From Halopelagius fulvigenes (GTDB lineage Archaea > Halobacteriota > Halobacteria > Halobacteriales > Haloferacaceae), in the NCBI RefSeq assembly GCF_042662625.1, contig NZ_JBHSXH010000015.1:973909-1037908 (forward strand): a stretch of DNA of 64,000 nucleotides, read 5' to 3'. Shown in pieces: positions 38,701 through 49,030 of this stretch. The translations under genes were made by a program, and so were the position numbers. The first letter of the stretch is position 1, and every line of letters begins with the position of its first letter. The notes below the pieces were generated by a model. The model was not told the origin of the DNA and did no database searches. It saw nothing but the letters and a program-made list of their open reading frames with translations.

Positions 38701-39405
38701 ATGCACCTCTCGTTCGACTCGTTCGTGTTGGCGGCGGCCACCGCCGACCTCTCGGACGCCGCGGACCCCCTGGTCGACGAACACGCCGATGCGGTGGAGT
38801 TTCGGATGGACCTCGCGGATTCGGACCCCGAGTCCGCCCTCGACGCCTACGACGGAGGCGTTCCGCTCATCGCGACGAACCGCGCGTCGTGGGAGGGCGG
38901 CGAGTGCGACGACGGCGAGGACGACCGGTTGGCGGCACTCGAACGGGCGGCCGAACGGGACGTGGTGGCGGCCGTCGATATCGAACTCGACAGCCTCCTC
39001 ACCCCGCGGGGCGCGGCGGCGGCCGACCGGGTTCGGGAGTCGGGCGCGTCCGTCGTGGCCTCCGTTCACGACTTCGAGGGGACGCCCGCCGCCTCCGAAC
39101 TCCGCCGGAAACTCCACCGGGCGGCGACGCTCGGCGACGTGGGGAAAGTCGCGGTGACGGCGACGGACGACCGCGACGCCCTGCGACTCCTCGAAGCGAC
39201 GGACGCCGCGACGACGTGGGGCGACACCGTGGCGACGATGGCGATGGGCGAGGCAGGGCGACACACGCGCGCCGTCGCGCCCGTTTACGGGTCGAAAATC
39301 GGGTACGCGCCCGTCAGACCGGCGGACGCCACCGCACCGGGCCAGTACGACTTGGAGACGCTTTCTCGACTCGTCGGCGACCTCGAAAGAAATCCGGACA
39401 CTTAA
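38701..39405 (+). CDS. aroD: 3-dehydroquinate dehydratase, type I
   Basis: 234 aa; type I DHQase pattern including the Lys region (...AVEFRMDL..., ...SVHDFEGTP...). Confidence 0.75.
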   Translation: MHLSFDSFVLAAATADLSDAADPLVDEHADAVEFRMDLADSDPESALDAYDGGVPLIATNRASWEGGECDDGEDDRLAALERAAERDVVAAVDIELDSLLTPRGAAAADRVRESGASVVASVHDFEGTPAASELRRKLHRAATLGDVGKVAVTATDDRDALRLLEATDAATTWGDTVATMAMGEAGRHTRAVAPVYGSKIGYAPVRPADATAPGQYDLETLSRLVGDLERNPDT

Positions 39406-39431
39406 GCGTCGTGACCGCTTCGGGGCAGGAC

Positions 39432-39869
39432 ATGGCGGATACGCGTCGGCGAGCGATGGTCGCCGCCCTCGTGGGCGTACTCGGTGCGAGCGTCGGCATC
39501 GCCGGCGCGGGGCACGTCTACCTCCGGCGGTGGCGCAGAGCGGTCGCGTGGTTCACGCTCGTCGTCGCCGTCGGCGTGGGCCTCGTGTTCGCGTTCGCCG
39601 ACCCGACGACGGTGTCGGTGTGGGACCTCTCGGCTCTCCCTACGGAGGTGACCGGGCCGGTGTTCGCGCTCCTGTTTCTCAGCACGGTGGACGCCTACTA
39701 CGTCGCCGCGCGCAGTTACCGGACGGACTCCGGCCCGCGGTGTCCGCACTGCGGCGGCGAACTCGACGCGGAGATGTCGTTCTGCCCGTGGTGCGCGACG
39801 GAACTGAAGCGTCGGCCCGAGGGCGTCGAGAACGTCGAAGTCGAGGAACGCGGCGACGAGACGAAGTAG
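39432..39869 (+). CDS. membrane protein with C-terminal zinc ribbon (hypothetical)
   Basis: Start MADTRRRAMV; 3 TM helices then CPHCGG...CPWCAT. Confidence 0.45.
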   Translation: MADTRRRAMVAALVGVLGASVGIAGAGHVYLRRWRRAVAWFTLVVAVGVGLVFAFADPTTVSVWDLSALPTEVTGPVFALLFLSTVDAYYVAARSYRTDSGPRCPHCGGELDAEMSFCPWCATELKRRPEGVENVEVEERGDETK

Positions 39870-39897
39870 AGAGACGGAGCGACGGGCGGAACTCGGA

Positions 39898-41088
39898 TTA
39901 CTTCTCGATGATGCTCTCTTCGACCGCCTCGCCGAAGTGGCGGGCGGTCTGTTCGTAGTAGAGGAGGATTTCGTCGCCGGCTTCGAGGTCCGTGACCGAC
40001 GTGCGGCCCTCGCGCGTGTGGACCTTGATAGTCTCGGCGTTCTGCAGGAGCGTCTCCACCCTGTCGCCGTCTACGTCTGCTTCGACGCGGAACATCGGTC
40101 GCTTCTCTATCTTCACGCGCCCGACGATGGCCTCCCGCGTCCGACCGGTCTGGTCTACCACCTGCACCTCGTCGCCGCTTTTCAGCTCCGAGAGGTACTT
40201 CGTCCCGCCGTCGGGCGTCCGGACGTACGCGTGGACAGCGCCGGCGTTGACGCGGAACGGTCGGGAGGCGACGTACGGCGACTCGGCCGTCTCGGCGTGG
40301 ACGAAGAAGAGACCCCGGCCCATGCTGCCGACGAGCATCCCCTCGTCGTGTTCCATCAGGTTGCCCGTGTCGACGCAGACCCGGTCGGCCATGCCGGTCC
40401 GTTCGACGGCGGTCACCTCGGCCCACCGGAGTTCGAGCGACTCGCGTTCGGCCTCGTCGCGTATCTCGACGGTTCGGCGAATCTCGTCGGGGTCGTCGCT
40501 GTCCAAGAGGACGCCGTCGGAGCCGGATTCGAGCGTCTCGAACGCCGTCTTCGCCTCCTCGGCGGAGGTGACGCCCGCGATGAGTTCCGTCTCGTCGCCG
40601 ATGCGGGCGATGAGGTTCTCCAAGGGGATGATGGTCCAGTCCTCCCCGATGACGATGGTGTGGTCGGCGTCCAGGGCCGCCTCCTCGGCGAACGACTCGT
40701 AGTCCTTCGAGAGGATGCGGACGTACGCGCCGTTGGCTCTCTCGTCGTCGCGGCGGAGCGTCGTGAGGTCGGCGGAACCGGAGAAGTCGGAGGGGAGGTC
40801 CACGGTGCCGTCGCCCTCGCCGCCCTTGCCGACGAAGTAGGCGTCGGCGTTCTCGTTCGGGTCGGGCGTTTCGTCCTCCGCCTCCTCGACGTCGTCGACG
40901 AGTCGCACGTCCCCGTCGTTCCGGAAGGCGGCCACGTTCACGTCGCCGAGCGAACGGACGCGTTCGACGTCTTCCTCGTCTACGAGCACCCAATCGACCC
41001 CCGCTTCGAGGCCCGCGGTGATTCGTCGCTTCCTCGTCTCCCAATCGCCGACGGCGTCGTCGGCCTTGAGCCAGACGCTCCGAGTCAT
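39898..41088 (-). CDS. aroB': 3-dehydroquinate synthase II (archaeal-type, from 2-amino-3,7-dideoxy-D-threo-hept-6-ulosonate)
   Basis: 396 aa from MTRSVWLKADD...; characteristic of the archaeal DHQS-II family (MJ1249-like). Confidence 0.8.
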   Translation of the reverse strand: MTRSVWLKADDAVGDWETRKRRITAGLEAGVDWVLVDEEDVERVRSLGDVNVAAFRNDGDVRLVDDVEEAEDETPDPNENADAYFVGKGGEGDGTVDLPSDFSGSADLTTLRRDDERANGAYVRILSKDYESFAEEAALDADHTIVIGEDWTIIPLENLIARIGDETELIAGVTSAEEAKTAFETLESGSDGVLLDSDDPDEIRRTVEIRDEAERESLELRWAEVTAVERTGMADRVCVDTGNLMEHDEGMLVGSMGRGLFFVHAETAESPYVASRPFRVNAGAVHAYVRTPDGGTKYLSELKSGDEVQVVDQTGRTREAIVGRVKIEKRPMFRVEADVDGDRVETLLQNAETIKVHTREGRTSVTDLEAGDEILLYYEQTARHFGEAVEESIIEK

Positions 41089-41904
41089 TGTGCGAACCGA
41101 CACGTCAGTAGGGCTTGAACGTGGCGACTCTCAACAGAATTGCCGGACGACGGCGCGGAATCGACGACCGGCGAGACGCCGCGACGGCGGCATCGACCGG
41201 GATTAGATATAGCACTCAATGGTTTATTTCGTTCCCGAGGGGCGCCTGCGGCGGCGTCGTTCGCTCCGCGGACGAGTTTCCCCGACGCGGCGTTCAGGTG
41301 CCCGAGTCGGACGTGAGAAAGCCCCTTCCCGCGGCGGACGAACCCGCGACGAGAACGGACGGCCGACTCGCCCGGCGGCACCCCCGGAGTTTCGGCCGCG
41401 ACGACCGCCCGCGGGATCAACGCCGAACCGCCCACCGGCGAAACGGCCGCGTGGGGCACGAGGGTGAGAAGTCGGCGTTCGTCCCGAGGAGAGTCGTCGA
41501 GACCGCGGACCGACTCGGTGTCCCGTCGTCTCACCGGATTCGCTCGCCGGGGATACCGAAGCGTCGAGAACTCGCCGCCCGGGAGTACGCACGCGAACCG
41601 GTCAGCCCCCCGTTCGTCTCGCTACCGACCGCCCCACCTCCGAATCGCGTCCGTACTCGGCGGGGTCCGACCGCTATCGGAACGGATCCGTGAGCGAAAT
41701 CGCCCGGAGGGACGTCCGTGACGGGCCGCGGCGGCACTCTGCGAGAACGAGAACCGACGCCGGCGAGAGAGACATACATCAAATACCGCGATACGAAATC
41801 GGGGCGTTCCGAGAAATCGGACACTCGGCGGAGGGTGCACGTCGCTCCGACCGCTTACCGGCCGAAACGGGAGAATCTGGAGAAACAGCGACTGACGAGT
41901 GCGA

Positions 41905-42981
41905 TTACGCCGGCGCGATGCCGCCCTCCTCTCTGGTGAGGAGGCAGAGGACGAACGAGGAGAGCCAGTGGGACCCGGCGTAGTTCTCGGTGAACGCCCG
42001 TTGTAATCCGCGCTCGGCGTGTCTCTCCGCGCTCTGACGGAACGGCTCGGCGTACCGGTGGCCGTCGAGGGCGGACGCGAGGCCCGCCGCGCACCACGCC
42101 TTCGAGACGTTCAGTCCGACGAGGTGGAGCGCGACCCCTTCCTCGGGGTCCGAATCGGCGCGGACGGGTTCGAGGACGGAATCGTACGGAGAGCGGGCCA
42201 GGTCGGGGAAGAACCCCTCGGCCCACGTTTCGAACTCGTCGCGGTCGTAGACGCGGCGCATCAGGTCCGCCTCGGTCAGCGAGGGCGAGAGGAAGTCCCA
42301 CCCGAGCGGTTCGTACTCGACCGGGTAGTCCCGATCCTCGGCGAAGAACTCCCTCGCCGTCTCGGAGGCGGCGGATTCGAGCGCGGTGTCGGACACCGTC
42401 CGCGCGTAATCGAGGACGCAGTGCAGGGCGAACGCGGAGTTCCGGTGCGTTCCGACCCGGAACGGACGCTCTTGGGTCAGAAACTCCGAGCGGACGAGGG
42501 AGACGATCTTCCGCTCCAACGGTTCGAGGACCGAGCGCCACGCTGCGGCGCGGTCGTTCCCCCACAGGTGCAGTTCCGACGCGAGGTGGAGGAGCCACGC
42601 CCAACCGTAGGGTTTCTCGAACGCGGGGTTGCGCTCGAACTGTTCGACCTCACGTTCGACGTTCTCGGGCGTGAACCGACCGTCGATGCTCTCTACGATT
42701 CGAGAGCGCTCGGGGTGGTCCTCGAACAGTCGGAGTTGGCGAACGAGCGCCCAGTGACTGTGGACCGCCGAGTGCCAGTCGTAGCAACCGAAGAACACCG
42801 GGTGTCGCTCCTTCGGTCGCGGCCCGCCGGAGGGGGAGTCCAGAGACCGAGCGTGGTGGGGGAACTCGGTTTCGACCGATTCGAGCGGGTGGTGCGCGAG
42901 CGTCTCCGCCGCCTCCGAACCCAACCAGTCGCTCTCTCCGGCGAGAATGGCGTCGATGTCCGCGTCGGCGAACGTATCCAT
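41905..42981 (-). CDS. DUF2891 domain protein (conserved, function unknown)
   Basis: 358 aa (...FFGCYDWHSAVHSHWALV...); embedded between aroB' and aroA'. Confidence 0.6.
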   Translation of the reverse strand: MDTFADADIDAILAGESDWLGSEAAETLAHHPLESVETEFPHHARSLDSPSGGPRPKERHPVFFGCYDWHSAVHSHWALVRQLRLFEDHPERSRIVESIDGRFTPENVEREVEQFERNPAFEKPYGWAWLLHLASELHLWGNDRAAAWRSVLEPLERKIVSLVRSEFLTQERPFRVGTHRNSAFALHCVLDYARTVSDTALESAASETAREFFAEDRDYPVEYEPLGWDFLSPSLTEADLMRRVYDRDEFETWAEGFFPDLARSPYDSVLEPVRADSDPEEGVALHLVGLNVSKAWCAAGLASALDGHRYAEPFRQSAERHAERGLQRAFTENYAGSHWLSSFVLCLLTREEGGIAPA

Positions 42982-43086
42982 CGGAAGATTCGTTTCTCCC
43001 TCTCCGTATTCAATCGGTTGCCGGTGCGGTGTTCAGGGGCGGTACCCGCGGTTCGGGCGGCGGGAGAAGAGGAGAACCGCGTCGGT

Positions 43087-43881
43087 TTACGCTTCGATGC
43101 CGAGTCCGGCCTGCCGGAGTGCGCTCTCTGCGTCGGCGTCGTCGTGGACGACTGCGCTCACCGCGCGCGTGATGGCCTCCGGGTCGTCGTGTTGGAAGAT
43201 GGATCGACCCATCGAGACGCCCGCCGCGCCGCCGTCCATCGCGCCGCGGACCATCTCCACGGTTTCTCTGTCCGTGCCGCGACTGCCGCCGGCGATGATG
43301 ACCGGCAGGCGCGTCGCGTTGCAGACGCGTTCGAAGGAGTCGCCGTCGCCGGAGTACGCCGTCTTCACCACGTCCGCGCCGAGTTCCTCGGCGAGGCGGA
43401 CGGCGTGGGCGAGGCTCTCGGCGTCGTGTTCGTCGATACCGGGGCCGCGCGCGTAGTTCATCGCGAGGACCGGCACGCCGTAGCGGTGCGCCTTCTCGGT
43501 CAGTTCGCCGAGTTGCGTCATCTGGTCGGGTTCGTGCGCCGACCCGACGTTCATGTGGAAGGAGACGGCGTCCGCGCCGGAGCGAAGGGCCTCTTCGACC
43601 GACCCCGTCATGCGTTTGTCGTTCTCGTCGGGGCCGATGACCGTCGACCCGTTCAGGTGGACGATGTAGCCCTTGCCGTTCTTGTTCGGGTGGACGCGGG
43701 GGGCGACGCCCTTCTGCGTCAGAACGGCGTCCGCACCGCCGCGCGTGATGGCGTCTACCGTCGATTCGAGGTCCACAAGGCCCTTGACCGGGCCGAGCGT
43801 GATTCCGTGGTCCATCGGGACGACGACGTATCGTCCGCGTGTCGAGATGCGTTCGAGTCGTGCGTGGAGTCCTGCGTGCAT
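43087..43881 (-). CDS. aroA': 2-amino-3,7-dideoxy-D-threo-hept-6-ulosonate synthase (class I aldolase DhnA family)
   Basis: 264 aa; Schiff-base Lys region (ADVVKTAYSGD) and DhnA-family pattern. Confidence 0.8.
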   Translation of the reverse strand: MHAGLHARLERISTRGRYVVVPMDHGITLGPVKGLVDLESTVDAITRGGADAVLTQKGVAPRVHPNKNGKGYIVHLNGSTVIGPDENDKRMTGSVEEALRSGADAVSFHMNVGSAHEPDQMTQLGELTEKAHRYGVPVLAMNYARGPGIDEHDAESLAHAVRLAEELGADVVKTAYSGDGDSFERVCNATRLPVIIAGGSRGTDRETVEMVRGAMDGGAAGVSMGRSIFQHDDPEAITRAVSAVVHDDADAESALRQAGLGIEA

Positions 43882-43911
43882 TGTATTGTGTGAGACTGTG
43901 GCAACCTCGGG

Positions 43912-44796
43912 TTATGTGCGTTCCGCTTGTGGCTCACGTTGCGCGAATCCGCGCTCCGCTCCGTCCTTCAGTTCGCGCGCCAGCGATTCGAGTCGTTCCG
44001 CGACTGCGTCCGCGTCCTCGTCGTTCTCGTGGCCCTCCGCCACGAGGTCCACGAGGGCGCTCCCGACGATGACGCCGTCCGCGCCGCCGGCGACGATTCG
44101 CTCGGCGTGGTCGCCCGTCTTGATGCCGAATCCGACCGCCTTCGGCACGTCGTACGCTTCGAGTCTGTCGAGGCTCTCCTCGGTCTGTCCGGACACGTCC
44201 TCGCGCGCGCCCGTGACGCCGAGTCGGGCTTGGACGTAGACGTAGCCCGACACCTGCTCCATGATCCGTTCGAGGCGTTCCCCGCGCGTCGTCGGCGCGA
44301 CGATGAACACGAGGTCCAACCCGAACTCGTCGCAGGCCTCGCGCAGGGGGCCTGCCTCCTCGGCGGGCAGGTCCGGGACGACGAACCCCGAGAGGCCGAC
44401 GTCGGCGGCCTTCTCGACGAACGGGCGCGGGCCCGTACTCGCGGTTTCACCGCTCGCTTCCGAGGCGCCCCGCGCCTCGCTCTCCCCGTACTGGTAGATG
44501 AGGTTGTAGTACGTCATGCAGACGAGGGGCACGTCCACCTCCAGGTCCTCGACGAACTCGAAGAAGCGGTCGGGGGTCATCCCGGCCTCCAGCGACCGAA
44601 CGACCGCCCCTTGGATGGTCGGCCCCTCCGCGACGGGTTCCGAGAACGGCAGGCCGAGTTCGATGACGTCTGCGCCGCCGCGCGCGAGGGCTTCGACGTA
44701 CTTCAGCGACGATTCGTAGTCCGGGTCGCCGGCCGCGAGGTACGGGACGAACGCCGGCCCGTCCGCGAACGCCGCTTCGAGGGCGTCGTTCGCCAT
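43912..44796 (-). CDS. trpA: tryptophan synthase alpha subunit
   Basis: Family motifs ([22 protein letters not shown]...; ...GFGI...VIVGSA). Confidence 0.85.
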   Translation of the reverse strand: MANDALEAAFADGPAFVPYLAAGDPDYESSLKYVEALARGGADVIELGLPFSEPVAEGPTIQGAVVRSLEAGMTPDRFFEFVEDLEVDVPLVCMTYYNLIYQYGESEARGASEASGETASTGPRPFVEKAADVGLSGFVVPDLPAEEAGPLREACDEFGLDLVFIVAPTTRGERLERIMEQVSGYVYVQARLGVTGAREDVSGQTEESLDRLEAYDVPKAVGFGIKTGDHAERIVAGGADGVIVGSALVDLVAEGHENDEDADAVAERLESLARELKDGAERGFAQREPQAERT

Positions 44797-46044
44797 CTAG
44801 AACCCCCCCGCGAACTCGGTCATGTCGGGCGCGATGTCGATGTCGCGCTTCTCCGTCTCCTCGATGACCGATTCGAGGTCCTTGTCGCCGCGGCCCGAGA
44901 GGTTCACCAGCACGGAGTCGCCCAACTCCCCGCGGTTCTCTTCGAGGTAGGCGAACGCGTGGGCGGACTCCAACGCCGGGATGATGCCCTCCAGTTGCGA
45001 GAGGCGGTGGAACGCCGTCAACGCCGCGTCGTCGTCCACGTTCGCCGCCGTCACCCGCCCCTCGTCCACGAGGTGGGCCAGTTCCGGGCCGACGCCCGCG
45101 TAGTCCAGCCCCGAGGAGACCGAGTGCGACTCCATTATCTGGCCGTCGCGGTCCTGCAGAATCTTCGTGCGCGCGCCGTGGAGGACACCCTCCCGGCCCG
45201 TCGAGAGGGACGCGGAGTTGGGCGCGACGCCCGACTCCTCATCCACGGAGAGGGAACTGCCGCCCGCCTCGACGGCGTAGAGGGCCACGTCCTCGTCGTC
45301 TACGAACTCCGCGAACGCGCCCATCGTGTTCGACCCGCCGCCGGCGCACGCGAGGACGGCGTCGGGGAGGCCGCCCGTCTTCTCGCGCATCTGTCCGCGC
45401 GCTTCCTCGGAGATGACCGACTGGAAGTCCCGCACCATCGCCGGGAACGGGTGCGGGCCGACGACGGACCCGATGACGTAGTGCGTGTCCTCGACGTTCG
45501 TCGCCCAGTCGCGCATCGTCTCGCTTATCGCCTCCTTCAGGGTGCCGCGACCCGCCGTCACGGGCGTCACCGTCGACCCGTTGAGTCGCATGCGGAAGAC
45601 GTTGGGACGCTGGCGGTTGATGTCGCGCTTGCCCATGTACACCTCGCAGGGCATGTCGAGGTGCGCCGCCGCCATCGCCGTCGCGGTGCCGTGTTGGCCC
45701 GCGCCCGTCTCCGCGACGATGCGCTCTTTGCCCATGTACTTCGCCAAGAGAACCTGCCCGAGGGCGTTGTTGAGTTTGTGCGCGCCGCCGTGGACCAGGT
45801 CCTCGCGCTTCAGGTAGACGTTGCAGTCGTACCGCTCCGACAGTCGCTCCGCGTACTGCGTGGGCGTCGGTCGCCCGCCGAAGTCCCGCAGGCGACGCCG
45901 GAACTCGTCCATGAAGCCGTCTTCGTTCTCCAGCACGTACCGCTCGTAGGCGTCCGTCAACTCCGTTATCGCCGGCATCAACGCCTCGGGGACGTACTGA
46001 CCACCGTACTCGCCGAACTTGCCGTCTGTCTGTGTCTCCGTCAT
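44797..46044 (-). CDS. trpB: tryptophan synthase beta subunit
   Basis: [20 protein letters not shown]...; PLP Lys region ([13 protein letters not shown]). Stop/start abutting trpA. Confidence 0.9.
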   Translation of the reverse strand: MTETQTDGKFGEYGGQYVPEALMPAITELTDAYERYVLENEDGFMDEFRRRLRDFGGRPTPTQYAERLSERYDCNVYLKREDLVHGGAHKLNNALGQVLLAKYMGKERIVAETGAGQHGTATAMAAAHLDMPCEVYMGKRDINRQRPNVFRMRLNGSTVTPVTAGRGTLKEAISETMRDWATNVEDTHYVIGSVVGPHPFPAMVRDFQSVISEEARGQMREKTGGLPDAVLACAGGGSNTMGAFAEFVDDEDVALYAVEAGGSSLSVDEESGVAPNSASLSTGREGVLHGARTKILQDRDGQIMESHSVSSGLDYAGVGPELAHLVDEGRVTAANVDDDAALTAFHRLSQLEGIIPALESAHAFAYLEENRGELGDSVLVNLSGRGDKDLESVIEETEKRDIDIAPDMTEFAGGF

Positions 46045-46811
46045 TCGGATGTCTCCGCTGTCGTGAATCGTTCCGCGTTCGCTCGCACGTCGCCGTCCAT
46101 GATGGCCGTGCCGATGAGGAGGGCGTCCGCGCCCGCCGCGCGCATGCGACGGGCGTCTTCGACGCTGGAAACCCCGCTCTCGGCCAGAAGCGTCGCGTCG
46201 TCGGGGACGTGGGGCGCGACCCTCTCGAACGTTTCGAGGTCCACCTCCAACTTCGCCAAGTCGCGGTTGTTCACCCCGATTATCTCCGCGCCCGCCTCCA
46301 CCGCGCGGTCCAGTTCCGCCCGGTCGTGGACCTCCACGAGCACCTGAAAGCCGCGTTCGCGTGCCGCCTCCAGGAGGTCCGGCAGGTCGTCGCCGACGAA
46401 CCGCGCGATGAGGAGGACGACGTCGGCCTCCACGGCGTCGAGTTGCGCCTCGCTGACGACGAAGTCCTTCCGGAGGACGGGCACGTCCACGGCCTCCCGG
46501 ACCCGCCGGAGGTTCTCGGTCGAACCGCCGAAGTGCTCCGGTTCGGTCAGCACCGACAGGGCCGTCGCCCCGCCCGCGACCATCTCGCGGGCGAGTTCGA
46601 CGGGGTCGTCGGCTCTGGTCCCCTCGGTGGTCGGACTCGTCGGCTTCACCTCCGCGACGACGGGCACTCGTCCCTCGTCCTCGGCGGCGTCCACCGCGTC
46701 GGGGAACGACCGCGCGTCCACGCTGACGCGCGACTCCCCGCCCGACCGGTCGCGTGCGGCCGCGAGGATGGACCGCACCTCCGGCGCAAGTTCGTCCTCA
46801 CTAGCGTCCAT
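46041..46811 (-). CDS. trpC: indole-3-glycerol-phosphate synthase
   Basis: ([31 protein letters not shown]); 4 bp overlap with trpB. Confidence 0.85.
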   Translation of the reverse strand: MDASEDELAPEVRSILAAARDRSGGESRVSVDARSFPDAVDAAEDEGRVPVVAEVKPTSPTTEGTRADDPVELAREMVAGGATALSVLTEPEHFGGSTENLRRVREAVDVPVLRKDFVVSEAQLDAVEADVVLLIARFVGDDLPDLLEAARERGFQVLVEVHDRAELDRAVEAGAEIIGVNNRDLAKLEVDLETFERVAPHVPDDATLLAESGVSSVEDARRMRAAGADALLIGTAIMDGDVRANAERFTTAETSE

Positions 46812-46895
46812 CGTTGTACATCAACGGACTCATTTGCACATAAGGCTTGCGCGTCGTCGTCAAGGTTCAAGGCCGACGACGGAGTAGCGACGGGT

Positions 46896-47348
46896 ATGGA
46901 CGCAGGCGTCTTCGCCCGGCGGTCGGACAGACTCGGGCGAACCGTGCAGATCGGCGTCGCCAGCGGTCGAGTCATCAACGTCTCGTTCCCCGAGACGCCG
47001 CCGGACGACGCCGAGGCGGACCACCCCCTGTTGGATCGGGTGTTCGACTACCTCGACGGCGAGTCGGACCACTTCGACGACGTGACCGTCGCCCTCACCG
47101 TGCCGACGGAGCAACGGCGCGTCCTCGACGCGGTTCGTAAACTCCCGTACGGCGAGACGGTGTCGCTCGGACGGGTGGCGAAACTCGCGGGACTCGACGA
47201 CGAGGACGAGGAGGACCGACGGACGGTGCGGACGGCCCTCTCGGAGAACCCGGTTCCGCTCTTCATCCCCGACCACCGCGTCCGCGACGCGCCGGGCGGC
47301 GCGCCGGCCGAGGTGGCGCGCCGCCTGCGAGAGAGAGAGTCCGCGTGA
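46896..47348 (+). CDS. MGMT-fold DNA-binding protein lacking the acceptor cysteine (alkyltransferase-like, PDHRV instead of PCHRV)
   Basis: ...RRVLDAVRKLPYGETVSLGRVAKLAG...NPVPLFIPDHRVRDAPGG; Asp at the Cys position. Confidence 0.55.
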   Translation: MDAGVFARRSDRLGRTVQIGVASGRVINVSFPETPPDDAEADHPLLDRVFDYLDGESDHFDDVTVALTVPTEQRRVLDAVRKLPYGETVSLGRVAKLAGLDDEDEEDRRTVRTALSENPVPLFIPDHRVRDAPGGAPAEVARRLRERESA

Positions 47349-47355
47349 GGCCGCC

Positions 47356-47700
47356 TCAGACCCGTCGGATGACGAGGTAGCCGATGAAGCCGAGGACGAA
47401 GAACGCCGAGGCGACGGTTTCCACCGCGTTGGACCCCATCCCGGCGGCCCACATCGCGACGGAGACGAACTGCGCGAGGCCCGCGAGGACGAACGCCCCG
47501 GCGGTGGCCAGACGGACGCGCGGGTCGGTTCCGCGACTCCGCTCCTCGTAGACGGTGTAGCCGAAGTAGAGCGCGACGACGCCGAATCCGACGTCCACGG
47601 CGACGTTCGCGAGGGGGTTGCCGGTGACGACGGCCACGACCAAGAGTGCGAGGTAGCCGACCAGAATCGCTCGTATCGCCGTCTGCCGAGTGTCTGCCAT
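47356..47700 (-). CDS. small membrane protein (hypothetical)
   Basis: Start MADTRQTAIRAIL; 3-4 TM helices. Confidence 0.4.
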   Translation of the reverse strand: MADTRQTAIRAILVGYLALLVVAVVTGNPLANVAVDVGFGVVALYFGYTVYEERSRGTDPRVRLATAGAFVLAGLAQFVSVAMWAAGMGSNAVETVASAFFVLGFIGYLVIRRV

Positions 47701-48043
47701 GCCGGAACTGGGGAGGTCCGGACAGTAAAAGGTTCGTCGTTCGAGGATGTTGCGCGGGCGTCGCCGCCGCCGCGGTCGGTCGCTACCGAACGCGGCGCGG
47801 GGACGCGTTCGCACTCACCCCGGAGTGGGCGCGCCGGGTTCTTCTCGGTCGTCGTTTCGGTCACCGCGGTTGAGTATCGCGTCGCGGATGCGGTCGAACG
47901 CGGACCTGTCCGTGCTGATAGTCAGAGGGTACATGGCCTAGGTGAACGTTAGTTATTGTCACACTTGGTCCTAACGGGGATCGTCGCATCCGCGGTGTCC
48001 GTGAGACTCGCTTTGCTCGTCTCGCGAGGTTCGCCTCGCTCAC

Positions 48044-49024
48044 TCACGTTCGCTCGGCGAACCCTTCGTGGACGACGAACTCCAACGCGTTCACGAGGTA
48101 GTGCGCCACGAAGACGACGAGGAGGCTCCCGGTGAGGACGAACCCCGCCGCGAGGACGAACCCGAGGACGCCGGTGACGACGACGCCGATGCGGCCCTGC
48201 GCGCCGTGCCCGAGGGCGAACGCGACGGAGGAGACGACGGCCATCGCCCACGGCGAGACGTCGAACCCCGCCGAGATGACGCCGACGAGTGCGCCGCGGA
48301 AGAGAAGTTCCTCGAACCCCGCGATGATGGGCAGGACGCCGAGGAGAAGGACGGCCCATCCACGGAGCGTATCCGGGGCGAGGGCCTCCCGGAGTTCCTC
48401 GCCGCCGCCGAGTCCGAAGCGTTCGCCCACCGCGGAGCCAAGTTCGTTCGCGCCGTAGAGGACGACGCCGAATCCGACGCCGACGAGGGCGTACCACGGC
48501 GTGAGCGTCTCGAACCCCGCGCCGAACGCCCACGCGGGGATGTCCGAGAACCACGCGCCGGCGAGAAGGAGGACGGCAAACAGCCCCTGCGACACCGCCA
48601 CGTTCACGAGGAGGAGGGCTGTCGAGGGACCGGCGTCCGCAGTCGCCTCTGCGGCCGACGGGCGCGGGCGGTTCCGCCCCGGGTCCGCGGCGACGAACTC
48701 CTCGGACGGCGTCTCGGCACCCTCGGTGGCGCGGGTTTCTGCCTCGGTATCGGCCTCCGACCCGTCTCCGACGGACGATTCGGACGGGGGGGACGCGGCG
48801 TCGGACCGGAGGTCGTACCCGCCGTTCGGACCGGCGTCTCTCGGTTCAGTTCGTACGTCCGCACGCGACTCCGCCGACCGGTGCGGTGCGTCGGGCGCGT
48901 TCGACGGCGTCCGCCGGCCGTCGTGGTCGCCGTGGGAGATAACGCCGCGAGAAGCGTGAGAGAGTAAGAGAAGCGCCGACGTGACGAGGCCCGCGAACGC
49001 CGCGAACGTCGCCCAGTCGGGCAT
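48044..49024 (-). CDS. CPBP family intramembrane metalloprotease (second copy) with long acidic N-terminal region
   Basis: EELLFRG, FALGH and HYLVN motifs. Confidence 0.65.
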   Translation of the reverse strand: MPDWATFAAFAGLVTSALLLLSHASRGVISHGDHDGRRTPSNAPDAPHRSAESRADVRTEPRDAGPNGGYDLRSDAASPPSESSVGDGSEADTEAETRATEGAETPSEEFVAADPGRNRPRPSAAEATADAGPSTALLLVNVAVSQGLFAVLLLAGAWFSDIPAWAFGAGFETLTPWYALVGVGFGVVLYGANELGSAVGERFGLGGGEELREALAPDTLRGWAVLLLGVLPIIAGFEELLFRGALVGVISAGFDVSPWAMAVVSSVAFALGHGAQGRIGVVVTGVLGFVLAAGFVLTGSLLVVFVAHYLVNALEFVVHEGFAERT

Positions 49025-49030
49025 CCGCCG

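Noticed and set aside
41690-41983. 97 aa plus-strand ORF (MSEIARRDVRDG...) inside the gene-free gap
   Set aside because: Arg-rich, overlaps the DUF2891 3' end, no family resemblance. Kept only as part of the unexplained-gap finding.
47816-47935. 39-codon minus-strand ORF (MYPLTISTDRSAFDRIRDAIL...)
   Set aside because: Too short, no signal or composition evidence either way; not called.
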